Origin: a virus
Length of the DNA stretch: 64,000 nucleotides
Reading direction: 5' to 3' (one strand)
Virus record (IMG/VR): IMGVR_UViG_3300045391_004889
Location: 32,001-96,000 of that record
The notes beneath the pieces were generated by a model. The model saw only the letters and a list, made by a program, of their open reading frames with translations. It did no database searches and was not told the origin of the DNA. Made by a program: the position numbers and the translations under genes. Shown one piece after another: positions 46,189-55,627 of this stretch. Position 1 is the stretch's first letter; the number at the start of each line of letters is the position of its first letter.

Positions 46189-47156
46189 CCGTCACTTCCA
46201 TTCGTCGCTTCCGAGGTGAGAGACGCCCTCACCTGGTCCATCAGGCCCGTCCCATAGTACCCATACGGGTCAGCCTGCACGAAGTTGGCCTGGAGCGCCG
46301 CTTCCCAACGTGAACCGTCGTCCATCATCGGGCAGACGAGGGTGAACGGACACGCCCAGCTGCAGTAGTCACCCGGGTTCGGGTACGCGAGAGCGCGGTG
46401 GTCACCCCCGTTCCGCAACGTCTGGTCCACGAGCTTGAGCTCACTGGCCACGGTACGAACGCGAAGCATCATGCTCTGGTGGTCGTGCGCGTTGTACGAC
46501 ACCTCCACCTGCTTGAAGAACGGTCCGTTGGCCTTCGGCGTGCGCTTGGAGCGAAGGATCATGTTGTACAGTCCCCCGTCCGCTCGCTGACCGGTCTCGT
46601 CAGCCTCCAGGGTGTCCAGCAGGCTGTAGAACCGCATCTGCTCGTCGATGAGAAGCAGGTGCGCCTTCGACAGCGTGCCGACGGTCTTGAAGTCGCGGAA
46701 CCTGATGGCACCGTCACTGACGCGACGGACCTTCTGGTCGAGCTTCGCCATCAGGGTGACGGGCTCCCCGTCGTACAAGGTCAGCTCTCGCTGCACCACC
46801 TCCTCGGTGGCGATCACCTCGTGCTCCGAGTCGACGCCCTCGTCGTCCACCCACTGCAGGTAGCCGCTCACCATCGCCCTGGCGTAGCCGTGCTCACTGC
46901 TCAGCTGGTCCTCGTACAGCGGGTGCTCCCGCCGAGCGAGGTGATAAGCCACGTTCAACGCCGCGAGAGCGTCGAGGCCGTAGCCGTAGTGCGCCTCCAA
47001 GGCGAGGTGGACACGTGTGCCGAGCTGGGCGGAGCCCACCGGCTTCTGCCTGGTCGGGTCCACGCTGTAGCCCAGGTGGTACGCCAGGTACCAGTGCCTG
47101 CGGCACCGCTTGAACGTCCTCAGCGTGCTGTTGCTGACCTTCAGCTGCTCTGTCAC
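46185..47156 (-). CDS. PD-(D/E)XK exonuclease (Cas4/RecB-like)
   Basis: TFKRCRR.W, GT.VH, E...KLD...DFKT, Q...Y, C.W.CPF..C. Confidence 0.85.
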   Translation of the reverse strand: MTEQLKVSNSTLRTFKRCRRHWYLAYHLGYSVDPTRQKPVGSAQLGTRVHLALEAHYGYGLDALAALNVAYHLARREHPLYEDQLSSEHGYARAMVSGYLQWVDDEGVDSEHEVIATEEVVQRELTLYDGEPVTLMAKLDQKVRRVSDGAIRFRDFKTVGTLSKAHLLLIDEQMRFYSLLDTLEADETGQRADGGLYNMILRSKRTPKANGPFFKQVEVSYNAHDHQSMMLRVRTVASELKLVDQTLRNGGDHRALAYPNPGDYCSWACPFTLVCPMMDDGSRWEAALQANFVQADPYGYYGTGLMDQVRASLTSEATNGSDG

Positions 47157-48919
47157 TTCACCCCCAGCAGCTTCCGCAGGGTCTGCTCGTCTCTCACGAT
47201 CTCCTCCATCCGACCACGCTTCTCGGCCAGTACCTCGAGCTTATGCTCCTCGACTGTCTCCGGCGTGATCTGCTTGATGATGCGGATCGACTCGTGCCGC
47301 TCCGAACCGATGCGATAGATGCGGTCCTGAGCCTGCAGGTTCTGCACCTCACTGAAGCTCTCCTGCATGAAGAGCATGGTATCCGCCCTGGTGAGCGTGA
47401 TACCCTCCGCGCCGGCACCCAGGGTGAGCAGGATGACACGCGTGCGGCCGCCCTGGAAGGCGTCGATGGCCTCACGTCGCTCATCTGCGGACTGGGCCCC
47501 GGTGACGAGGCCGTGAGAGATCTTGGCGTCGGTGAGCTTCTTGGCGGCGAGCTCGATGAGCTGCCGCGAGACGGCAGCCACCACGAGCGGGTCCTCACCC
47601 ATCTCGCCGAGCAGGTCCATCAGGTCGTCCACCTTCGCAGACGGCGTGGTGAGCCTGACCTTCCCCTCCTCGTCGATCTCCGCGTACGCGGCGGCGAACT
47701 GCATGAGCCGCGTCAGCTGAGCGAGTGGGTTGGGTGCCACCAGAAGCTCGTTCAACCCGACGACCATCTCGTCGCGCATCTGACGATACGCGGTCTTCTG
47801 CTTGGCGGTCATCGGGGTGTGACGGTACTGCACCGGGAGCTTGGGAGGCAGGAACGGCAGTGCCGCCTCCTTGGGCACCCGACGAACGATCGGGTCCAGA
47901 ATGCGGTACAGCTCATCCTGGGTGTGCGGGTTGATGCCCACCACCTCGGCGCCACCGAAGAAGTTCAGCGACACCTGGGCGTAGCGGTCCATGAACCGCG
48001 TCTTGGCGGGAAACCACGTCGGCTCAACCGCGTGACCGAGAGACCAGATGTCACCCACGTGGTCAGCCACCGGCGTGCCGGTCATGTCCACGCGGAACCT
48101 GGCACCGTGAGCGATCGCCCACGCCGCCCTGGTCTGCTTCGAGCGAGGGTCCTTGAGACGGTGTGCCTCGTCCATGAGGACGGTGCGCAGTCCCATCTCG
48201 TTGAGCTCCTTCGCCGTCTTCTCGTTCTCCGTCATCTCGACGTTGCCGTATGGCGCGAGACGAGAGTGAAGCCGCAGCGCGTCCCAGTTGATCACGTACA
48301 CGTCCGCCGCCGCGGTGAGCTGCTTGCGCCGCCCACCGGCGCCACCGTCGATCACCTGCACCTTGAGCTCGGGTGCCCACATGCGGAGCTCCTTGAGCCA
48401 CGCCGCGAACTTGAGACTGTTGGGGCAGATGACAACCGCGGGGAACGGCTGCTCGTCGAGGTGCTGGAGCACCTGCATGAACCTGATGGCGACACCGGTC
48501 TTGCCGAGCCCGGGTGGGTTCGCCAGGATGGCACGCTCGTTCACGAGCAGGAACTTCACGTCGACACGCTGATACGGGTAGAGCTTGAGCGCGCTGCCCG
48601 CCTCCACCGCGTCGAGCTCCGGGAAGTCCCGAAGCTCCTCGGGGAAGTCGAGCGAGTTGCGGAGGGCGAGAGCGGGAGCGATGCGCTTCTCCCTGGTCTC
48701 CCACGCCCACGTCTGGAGCTCCTCTCCGAGCTCGAGAGCGTTCCCGAAGATGCCGCGCAAGGCGATGCAGGTGGACCAGCTCAGGGGAGCCAGCCAACCT
48801 CCGTCCGACCTGCTGTAGCGTGCACCAGGAAGCTCCGTCATGAGATGGCGGTCCTGGTACGTCGTGTTCACGAAGATGTGTGTTGCGTTGCCGCTACGGG
48901 TGAGGTCGGCCTTAGGCAC
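47153..48919 (-). CDS. SNF2-family helicase
   Basis: PGLGKT, DEAH, TGTP, GAEGITLT, QAQDRIYRIG. Confidence 0.92.
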   Translation of the reverse strand: MPKADLTRSGNATHIFVNTTYQDRHLMTELPGARYSRSDGGWLAPLSWSTCIALRGIFGNALELGEELQTWAWETREKRIAPALALRNSLDFPEELRDFPELDAVEAGSALKLYPYQRVDVKFLLVNERAILANPPGLGKTGVAIRFMQVLQHLDEQPFPAVVICPNSLKFAAWLKELRMWAPELKVQVIDGGAGGRRKQLTAAADVYVINWDALRLHSRLAPYGNVEMTENEKTAKELNEMGLRTVLMDEAHRLKDPRSKQTRAAWAIAHGARFRVDMTGTPVADHVGDIWSLGHAVEPTWFPAKTRFMDRYAQVSLNFFGGAEVVGINPHTQDELYRILDPIVRRVPKEAALPFLPPKLPVQYRHTPMTAKQKTAYRQMRDEMVVGLNELLVAPNPLAQLTRLMQFAAAYAEIDEEGKVRLTTPSAKVDDLMDLLGEMGEDPLVVAAVSRQLIELAAKKLTDAKISHGLVTGAQSADERREAIDAFQGGRTRVILLTLGAGAEGITLTRADTMLFMQESFSEVQNLQAQDRIYRIGSERHESIRIIKQITPETVEEHKLEVLAEKRGRMEEIVRDEQTLRKLLGVK

Positions 48920-48997
48920 TCGTCACCTCGTCCCGGGCTGAACAAGTGACAGAATGGTGCAGTGTCACTTCCTGATCCTTCCCGCTTGACCTGGTCA

Positions 48998-49026
48998 ATC
49001 TTACCAGCCGATCAGCCAGGTGTAAA
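48998..49026 (-). promoter_or_regulatory. promoter TTTACA-N17-TAAGAT
   Basis: consensus match with extended -10 TGG; CAGGAA downstream. Confidence 0.7.
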
Positions 49027-49476
49027 CAATTTCCCGATCAGGTGAGTGGGCAGTCGCTTCTCCCGAAGCAGCCACGCCAGCAGGTGGTTCGCCGCGTCAT
49101 TGGCGTGGCGCATGTTCGGCTGTCGCCACCCGAGTCGCTGCAGCTTGAGGTCGCCACCAAGCTTTCGACTTGCGGATGGCATCGGCTGAAGCACCGTCAC
49201 GCTGTTCCGACGGCAAGCCGACTTCACCGCGCCGATGACCTCGAGGCTGTACTCCGGCGTGCCGGTACGACCGCCACCCTGAGTGACGATGTACCGCTCC
49301 CAGCCGAGCCAGAGGTTGTCGCGCATGAGATGGCACCACATGTTCACCATGTCGTCGATGCCGTCGAAGTCAGCCTGGCCACTGCTGAAGGACGCCATGT
49401 CCTCCAGCATCGCCCACCCCGTCATCTTGCCGGGGTCGAGCCAGATGACGATCTTCGGGTCGGGTGGCTTCATCAC
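49012..49476 (-). CDS. RuvC-like nuclease/resolvase
   Basis: LDPGKMTGWA, E, H..DA..H motifs. Confidence 0.75.
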   Translation of the reverse strand: MMKPPDPKIVIWLDPGKMTGWAMLEDMASFSSGQADFDGIDDMVNMWCHLMRDNLWLGWERYIVTQGGGRTGTPEYSLEVIGAVKSACRRNSVTVLQPMPSASRKLGGDLKLQRLGWRQPNMRHANDAANHLLAWLLREKRLPTHLIGKLFTPG

Positions 49477-49487
49477 CTGGAGCCTGC

Positions 49488-51257
49488 TCACACCTTCTGC
49501 CACCTCTCCGGGAGAATGTCCGCACCTGCCGTGAGGCGGACGCGGTAGCCGTCAAGGTCGGTCATACACTCCTCGATCACACGAGCCACCTCATCTGCCT
49601 GGTCACGTGGGACGTCAGCGATGATCTCGTCGTGCACCGGCACCAGGAGGAACTCATCCACCCCGGCTGCCTCCATCCGCGTCACGCAGATCTTGAAGTA
49701 CTCCGCCGCGTGACCCTGGATCAAGCTGTTGAGACCCTGTGTGAAAGCGCGGTCCCGATCCAGCGGGATGTGACGGCCGAGCGGCGTGACGATGTACGGC
49801 TTGTCACGCGCGATGGCCTCCTCGTAGATGCGATTCAACGTGGTCTGAAGTCCGGGATACGTCGCGTTGAAGCCGTCTGCGACAGGCTGCATCTGCTCGA
49901 ACGGCACACCGGCGGTCTGCGCCATCTTCCTGGTGCCCGCGCCGTACAGTGACGAGTACACCACGTTCTTGGTCAGCTGACGACGTGGATCCTTCTTGAG
50001 GATCTCCTCGCCGTAGATGCCGCCAGCGACGCCACAGAAGAAGTCCGTGCCAAACTCATCCGCGTCGTTGAATGCCTTGATCAGGCCCTCGTCCTCGCTG
50101 AAGTGAGCACCGAGTCGAGCCTCCACCTGGTTCAGGTCACACGTGATCAGCACGTTGCCGTCACGCGAGATGAACGAGCCACGGATCATCTTGTCGTCAC
50201 GTGGCAAGTTCTGCAGGTTCGGGTCCGACATCGACATGCGACCGGTACGAGCAGCCAGGGTGTTGATGCTGGCGTGCAGGATGCCGTCAGCATCCGCCAT
50301 CGCCATGAAGTTGTCGAGGTACGTGCCCTGCAGCTTGACGGCGTGACGCACCGCCAGGATGTAGCGGATCAGCTCCGCCGCCTGGGGTCCACTGGTCAGC
50401 TGGTACCGCTCCAGGTTGTCCTTGTCCATCTTCGGGGCACCCTGGTCGGTGAAGGCGTCGATCTCCACCCCGAGAGCCGTCAGCACGCGGGAGATCTGTC
50501 CCGCACTGAGCACGCTGGTGATGCCGTACGTCGCCTTGAGCCACGCCTTCGCCTGCTCGGTGAAGGCAGACAGCCGCAGCTGCTCAGCTTGGATGTACCC
50601 CGGGTCGAGGCGCATGCCCTTCATCATCATCCTGCTGCAGATGCGGACGATCGCCATCTCGAGGTCATACACCATCGGGAAGCGAGCCTGCACGTCAGGG
50701 ATGATCTTCTCGTACAGGTGACAGTTGAGCACCGGGTCGAGAGCGGCGTAGAGCCAATATGGCTCAAAGTCGATGGGGACGGTGTCCCACGTCCACTTCT
50801 GCTGCCGCATACCGTCGTCGAGAAGCTTCTGACCGGTGAGTGCCGCAGGATCCACGAGCCTCGAGGTAAGTGGCTTCAAGCCGGCCGGCCTCGTCGGGTC
50901 CTGAATACGAGCACCGATCAGAGTGTCGTGGCAACGATTCCACGGCACCTTCCAGCCGGCCTTGATCTCCATGAACTTGGCGTCGTGAGGCAGGTTGTGC
51001 CACGTGAACTCGCCCTCGTACGAGTTCAAGATCTCGAGAGCACCACCGCCCCACTGGTCCCAGGGGACACACCAACCGTGGTGCTTGTCGCCCACCTGGA
51101 TGGTGCGGAGCCGGGTGTGCCAGGGTGACAAGCCACCCGACTCCGTGTCGACACCCATCGGCGTCTCTCGTCGTTCCCCCGCCCATCGTTTCATCTCCAT
51201 CAAGTCATCGATGGATTGGACGAGGTGAAGCTGCATGGTGGACAGAAGTCCGCTCAC
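49488..51257 (-). CDS. polA: family A DNA polymerase with 3'-5' exonuclease
   Basis: DTE, HN..D, YAALD exonuclease motifs; TGRMS, DLNQVEAR, R...K...Y...YG, VHDE. Confidence 0.95.
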   Translation of the reverse strand: MSGLLSTMQLHLVQSIDDLMEMKRWAGERRETPMGVDTESGGLSPWHTRLRTIQVGDKHHGWCVPWDQWGGGALEILNSYEGEFTWHNLPHDAKFMEIKAGWKVPWNRCHDTLIGARIQDPTRPAGLKPLTSRLVDPAALTGQKLLDDGMRQQKWTWDTVPIDFEPYWLYAALDPVLNCHLYEKIIPDVQARFPMVYDLEMAIVRICSRMMMKGMRLDPGYIQAEQLRLSAFTEQAKAWLKATYGITSVLSAGQISRVLTALGVEIDAFTDQGAPKMDKDNLERYQLTSGPQAAELIRYILAVRHAVKLQGTYLDNFMAMADADGILHASINTLAARTGRMSMSDPNLQNLPRDDKMIRGSFISRDGNVLITCDLNQVEARLGAHFSEDEGLIKAFNDADEFGTDFFCGVAGGIYGEEILKKDPRRQLTKNVVYSSLYGAGTRKMAQTAGVPFEQMQPVADGFNATYPGLQTTLNRIYEEAIARDKPYIVTPLGRHIPLDRDRAFTQGLNSLIQGHAAEYFKICVTRMEAAGVDEFLLVPVHDEIIADVPRDQADEVARVIEECMTDLDGYRVRLTAGADILPERWQKV

Positions 51258-51304
51258 TCACGCGCCTTTCTGAGTGAATTCGATTCCTGGACGTTCCTGG
51301 TGTC

Positions 51305-51784
51305 TTATCCTATCGTACGAGGCAGATAGGTGTATCGAACGACCACGAGACCGGCATCGTGGAGCAGACTTTCCATCTCACGAGGACGACGATAGTCGTC
51401 ACCACCGGTGTCTCGGTAGACCACGCACGCGAGACCGGAGTTGCCGATCTGTTTGGCGCAGTTGAGACACGGTGACGTGGAGACGTAGATGGTGCCACCT
51501 TGGATCCGCTCGTGGTTCGCGCGAATGAGCGCGTTGGCCTCAGCGTGGATCGTCTGGCAGCGGCTGTAGTCGGGTGACGTGTCCCCGGTGATGGCTCGTT
51601 CACACCACTGGTCGCACGTCCCCTCCAGTTCCAGGCCCGAGATCGGACCGTTGTACGACGTGGAGTCGATCTTGTTATCGGTGGTGACGATGACTGCCCC
51701 AACCTGAGCACGCACGCACGGACTGCGTCGCCCGAGCAGGACAGCCACCCCCATCCACGTGTCATTCCACGTGGTGCGGATCAA
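51305..51784 (-). CDS. dCMP deaminase family protein
   Basis: RS.C...QVGA, YNG, IHAEANA, PCLNC; TTGA overlap with the upstream stop. Confidence 0.9.
   Translation of the reverse strand: MIRTTWNDTWMGVAVLLGRRSPCVRAQVGAVIVTTDNKIDSTSYNGPISGLELEGTCDQWCERAITGDTSPDYSRCQTIHAEANALIRANHERIQGGTIYVSTSPCLNCAKQIGNSGLACVVYRDTGGDDYRRPREMESLLHDAGLVVVRYTYLPRTIG
51307..51336 (-). promoter_or_regulatory. promoter GATACA-N18-TAGGAT
   Basis: near-consensus; leader CCAGGAACGTCCAGGAA before polA. Confidence 0.55.
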
Positions 51785-52716
51785 CTGCACTCCTGGCACC
51801 GCCACTCCGACGACATCATCGCCTCGTTGAGCACGTACCAGCAGTTGAGACACAGCTTGAACTGTGGCTGCGCCAGTCGCGGCACGTTGGTACGGTACCA
51901 CCGTTCCGCCGTGCTGCTGGCGATCGAGCCGTCGCCCGTGGCGAGCTTGCGCGCCATCTGGGTGATCGCCTGGAAGTTCTGCCACGGCATCATGTGCTCG
52001 GTGACGCGGTCAGTCAGCGCGGGTGGGACGCTGATGTCCACCGGCACCCCGACTCCCTGGTCCACGATGCGCTGAGCCTCGGCCACGTCACGCTCGTAGA
52101 GGTGCTGGCTGCCGATGGCGTGGGTATATGACCCGACCTTGACGCCGAGGCACGCAGCCACCACCATCTGGAGACGGCTGAACATCAGCCAGTCGTACGG
52201 GATGCCCAGGTAGACGTCGGAGCTCCGCATGTTGACACGCAGGTGGAGCTCACCGTCACGCAGCAGGAACTGACCACCTGTGGTGCACGGGACGTCGTGA
52301 GTGACGACCTCGTGCTCCTCGCCGTTCCAGATGGTGAAGTATGCCTGCCTGGTCTGCGGCTGGCTCTGCAGGAGGTGCACGACCTGCTGGAGCTGGCGGT
52401 ACAGCCGTGGGCCGTAGGCACCCCTGAGCCTGCCTCCGTCGGCGAACTGGGAGAACCTACCCCCGGATGCCTGGTCAAGCTGCTCAAGGCTGCTGAGGCC
52501 CGCCAGCAGGTGCAGCGTCTCGGTTGCCGCGATGCGGCGGTTGAACCGTCGGGCGGTACCGGCCACGTGAGCCTGGGTGCCATCCTTGACGGTCACGGTG
52601 ACGTTGAGCAGTTCCCGGGTGTCGAACCCACGTGGTGCTGACCCGGTGTCACTCTCAAGCAGGGCGGCGAGAAGCTGGACGTACGCCTCTCGCCCCGTGT
52701 CGGTCACGAGCTCCAC
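51781..52716 (-). CDS. thymidylate-synthase-fold enzyme, predicted dCMP hydroxymethylase/methylase
   Basis: AYGPR, DVPCT, MRSSDVYLGIPYD (Asp where dUMP-specific ThyA has Asn), SQHLYE. Confidence 0.85.
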   Translation of the reverse strand: MELVTDTGREAYVQLLAALLESDTGSAPRGFDTRELLNVTVTVKDGTQAHVAGTARRFNRRIAATETLHLLAGLSSLEQLDQASGGRFSQFADGGRLRGAYGPRLYRQLQQVVHLLQSQPQTRQAYFTIWNGEEHEVVTHDVPCTTGGQFLLRDGELHLRVNMRSSDVYLGIPYDWLMFSRLQMVVAACLGVKVGSYTHAIGSQHLYERDVAEAQRIVDQGVGVPVDISVPPALTDRVTEHMMPWQNFQAITQMARKLATGDGSIASSTAERWYRTNVPRLAQPQFKLCLNCWYVLNEAMMSSEWRCQECS

Positions 52717-53672
52717 TGTGCGGCCTCCTGAATCGTCTGGGCGTATTCAGCGAGCTCACTGTGGTGGAAACGCTTCCACCACTGAGGGTGCGGGATCTTG
52801 GTGTGCTTCACCAACGCACGGTCGAGCGCCTGGCTGGCGTGGTTGCCGAGTGCCACGATGTTCAGGCTGTACGGCACCTCGTGGAGCTTGACGAGCCTCG
52901 TGCCGTCCTCGTTGGCGTTGAGGATGCCCACGCCCCGGTGCATCTTGGCCTGGACCAGCGCCCGCATGAGGTACAAGGCGGACCCTGCCTGGTCCCACGG
53001 GGTGAAGGCTCGGGGAAACTCGAGCCGCGCTCTGGGACCGTCGTTGCGTTGGTCACCCACGAGCAGCACACCTGGTGCCACGCTACCGACGTAGCCGGGC
53101 AGCCGGTGCGGTGAACCGTCGTACGGCTCCTCGTCGTACGACATGGCCTGCGCCGCGTTCAGCATGAACGTCGTGCTGAGGTTGGACGCGCGGTGATAGC
53201 CGTAGGTCTTGGCGTGGTTCTCGTACCAGTCGTGGACCTGAGCCACGTGATCCAACCGCAGAAAGTCCTCGCCCCGCTCCTTGAGCCGGGTTGTCACCTC
53301 CGCCGGGTCCTCCGGCTGCACCAACAGCTTGAGAGCACCCAGAGCGGAGAGCAGCATCTCGATGTGGAGCATTCCGGCGTCATCGATGCGTCCGCCACCG
53401 CGGTACAGCTGACCGTAGATGATCTCCCCGGCGTGCCACCGGTCCATCACCACCAGGTGATGACGAGAGTGGATCATGCGGAGCATCTTGGGCTCCTCGA
53501 GCGGGAGCTCGTACTCCTGGAAGGCATCCAGGCCGGGTTCCGGCTGTCCCTTGTGGGTGACCACCGTACGCACCAGAGCCGGGTGCGGGTGTCGGGCACC
53601 GTGTGTCGCCACGAGCTGTCGGACCAGGGTGGACTTGCCACCGCCGTCCACGCCCTCACAGATGATCAGCAA
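52704..53672 (-). CDS. dNMP kinase fused to a UDG-superfamily-like domain
   Basis: ICEGVDGGGKST, DRWH..E..YG, RGE; C-terminal LLVGDQ...N...IVALGN.A...PHP. Confidence 0.8.
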   Translation of the reverse strand: MLIICEGVDGGGKSTLVRQLVATHGARHPHPALVRTVVTHKGQPEPGLDAFQEYELPLEEPKMLRMIHSRHHLVVMDRWHAGEIIYGQLYRGGGRIDDAGMLHIEMLLSALGALKLLVQPEDPAEVTTRLKERGEDFLRLDHVAQVHDWYENHAKTYGYHRASNLSTTFMLNAAQAMSYDEEPYDGSPHRLPGYVGSVAPGVLLVGDQRNDGPRARLEFPRAFTPWDQAGSALYLMRALVQAKMHRGVGILNANEDGTRLVKLHEVPYSLNIVALGNHASQALDRALVKHTKIPHPQWWKRFHHSELAEYAQTIQEAAQWSS

Positions 53673-53732
53673 CCGGCACTTCCCTTCTCGCTTCAGGGGC
53701 AAACCTACCAGGTGAGACACGTCTGAGACAGA

Positions 53733-54089
53733 CTAGTCCTCGTCCTTGACCGACGTCTCAAGCCTCTCGTCGGGCTGCTGAGCCAGGCTGGTGAGCAGCC
53801 TGTCCCGGTCCTCCTGGGTCACCTCCTGGTAGGCACCAGGCAGGCCGAGCACGTCCAGGACGTGACCCAGGTAGTCGACATCCCGGCGGTGATTCGGGTG
53901 CCCGCAGCCGGGACCCGAGCACGCGTGCTGGTTGCACATCCGCCTGACCCTCGTCGCCGCCATGTGTCGTATGACGTCGGTGGCGTCGAGGTTGGACTGC
54001 CGCGCGTCAGCCTGGGTACCCGAGGTGACGACGACGCCGGTGAGCGACGCCACCTCCCCGGGACTCAGCTGGGTGGTGATGTCGCTCAC
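53733..54089 (-). CDS. hypothetical protein
   Basis: GGAG RBS; H.C....C.H motif. Confidence 0.6.
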   Translation of the reverse strand: MSDITTQLSPGEVASLTGVVVTSGTQADARQSNLDATDVIRHMAATRVRRMCNQHACSGPGCGHPNHRRDVDYLGHVLDVLGLPGAYQEVTQEDRDRLLTSLAQQPDERLETSVKDED

Positions 54090-54108
54090 CGGCTTCTCCG
54101 CTTCGTGA

Positions 54109-55464
54109 TCAGTTGAAGAGCTTCATGGCGGCGCTGAAGGCGTCGAACTTGGCCCTCAGCTCGTCCCGCTCCTTGGTGACCTCCGCGAGCTTGACCTCCA
54201 GCTTGCGGAGCTCCGCGTTCTCGGCGGACAGGACGTCCACCCGGCGCTGGAGTGCCTCCAGCTCCTGCTGACGCAGCGTGTTGTTGCCCAGGTCGGCCAG
54301 CAGAGCGCGGAGGTTGGCCGCGTGCTGCTCGGCGGTCAGGGTGGCGTCCGAGGGAGCGGCGCTCGCCGCCTGCTCGGTCTTCATCTCGAAAACCTGGGAC
54401 ACCAGGGTACTGGGTGCGGCGGCCGTGGTCGCCACCTCCTTCGGGGTGGGAGTGACGCGCTCCAGACGGTAGCGCTTGGTGTGCGCGGAGCGGGTACCCT
54501 CCACGTAGGCGACCTCACGGGTCAGCCGGTAGCCCGAGTACGGGGTGGCGGTCAGCTTCGTGATGCCGTCCTTGACCGTCGCCCGGGTGATCGTCGGGTC
54601 GCCCTTGAGCGCCAGCTCCAGGATGTCGCCGACGGTGAGGCCGAGCTCCGATGTGTCGCCCTTGATGACGTCCACGAGCAGGCGCTTGACCTCGCCGATG
54701 GTGACCTTGCGACCGTACTTCCGCGGGTCGAAGAGGGTGACGGTGCCGTCCTGGTTCACCCGGAACCCGTGGCTGCGCTCGTGAGCCGCGCGTCCCTGGT
54801 GGTTGGTCATGGGCGGCTGGCTGCACTTGGCGTCGTGCACCACCTCCGAGAAGCGGCACGGCAGCTGGAGCTTGCCGTCCACCTCGTTGCCGTCGTCCTC
54901 CTCGTCCGGCTCCTGGTCCACCGGGGTCTCGTCCTCCACCGGGGTCACGGCAGGCTCCATGAAGCCCGTCGGGATCGCCGGGGTGGGATCAGGCACCGGG
55001 ACGTCGAGGACGTCCGAGGCGTTGACCTCGGGCACCGACGGGGTGCTGTCCTGGAACTCCGTCGCACCCAGGTCCGGCTCGTCGGGGAGCTTGACGTTGC
55101 GAACGTCGAGCACCGACCAGTGCTCGGCGACCCACCACACCGAGGTGGACGTGGTTCCACCGTTGCGGAGGCACACGAGGTTGCCGCTGTCCCGCATGTA
55201 GCGGTTCAGCGCCATCTTGATGCGCTCCGCCTCCTTCCGCTCCACGAGGTAGCGGTCGGTGAGGGCCGGCCAGATCCGGTTGACCAGCTCGTTGACGGAG
55301 CCCGTCCACTCGCGCCCCGGCTGCCCGTTGCGCTTGCGCTCACGGCCGTGCTTGTACCCGGCCGTGTTCCGGATCATCTCCCAGATCATCCACGCTTCGG
55401 TGTTGATCTCCTTGCTGTCGACATCGGGGAGCTTGGGTGCCCCGACATCCATCTGAGATGCCAT
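54109..55464 (-). CDS. large hypothetical protein (acidic linker, C2H2-like motif, wHTH-like region, coiled coil)
   Basis: promoter and RBS upstream; C...C...H...H; strong codon bias. Confidence 0.75.
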   Translation of the reverse strand: MASQMDVGAPKLPDVDSKEINTEAWMIWEMIRNTAGYKHGRERKRNGQPGREWTGSVNELVNRIWPALTDRYLVERKEAERIKMALNRYMRDSGNLVCLRNGGTTSTSVWWVAEHWSVLDVRNVKLPDEPDLGATEFQDSTPSVPEVNASDVLDVPVPDPTPAIPTGFMEPAVTPVEDETPVDQEPDEEDDGNEVDGKLQLPCRFSEVVHDAKCSQPPMTNHQGRAAHERSHGFRVNQDGTVTLFDPRKYGRKVTIGEVKRLLVDVIKGDTSELGLTVGDILELALKGDPTITRATVKDGITKLTATPYSGYRLTREVAYVEGTRSAHTKRYRLERVTPTPKEVATTAAAPSTLVSQVFEMKTEQAASAAPSDATLTAEQHAANLRALLADLGNNTLRQQELEALQRRVDVLSAENAELRKLEVKLAEVTKERDELRAKFDAFSAAMKLFN

Positions 55465-55495
55465 CTTGTCCTCTCTTCCTGGTCGTTCCTGGTGC

Positions 55496-55524
55496 ATCGT
55501 ATCAGCTGCAGACTCAAATGTCCA
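55496..55524 (-). promoter_or_regulatory. promoter TGGACA-N17-TACGAT
   Basis: consensus; leader CCAGGAACGACCAGGAA. Confidence 0.7.
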
Positions 55525-55540
55525 CAAGTTCAACGAGCGG

Positions 55541-55613
55541 TGTCCCTGGTGGGAGTCGAACCCACAACCTCCGCCTTTTGAGGGCGGCGCCTCTGCCGTT
55601 GGGCCACAGGGAC
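55541..55613 (-). tRNA. tRNA-Leu(CAA), short variable loop
   Basis: GTCCCTG/CAGGGAC-A; CCGCC-CT-CAA-AA-GGCGG; T-loop TTCGACT. Confidence 0.88.
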
Positions 55614-55627
55614 GACTGAGCAGTGTA

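Noticed and set aside
46185-47156. Cas4-like nuclease as evidence of a CRISPR system
   Set aside because: I found no repeat-spacer array or other cas genes. Its context (Sak4-like ATPase, SSB, helicase) is the usual phage recombination module.
49488-51257. Inteins or introns in polymerase, terminase or helicases
   Set aside because: Protein lengths and motif spacing are normal, with no splice-junction motifs or homing endonuclease inserts.
55541-55613. Isolated tRNA-Leu as an attachment site or prophage boundary
   Set aside because: There is no integrase or duplicated tRNA 3' end in the window, and phage-type genes and promoters continue on both sides.
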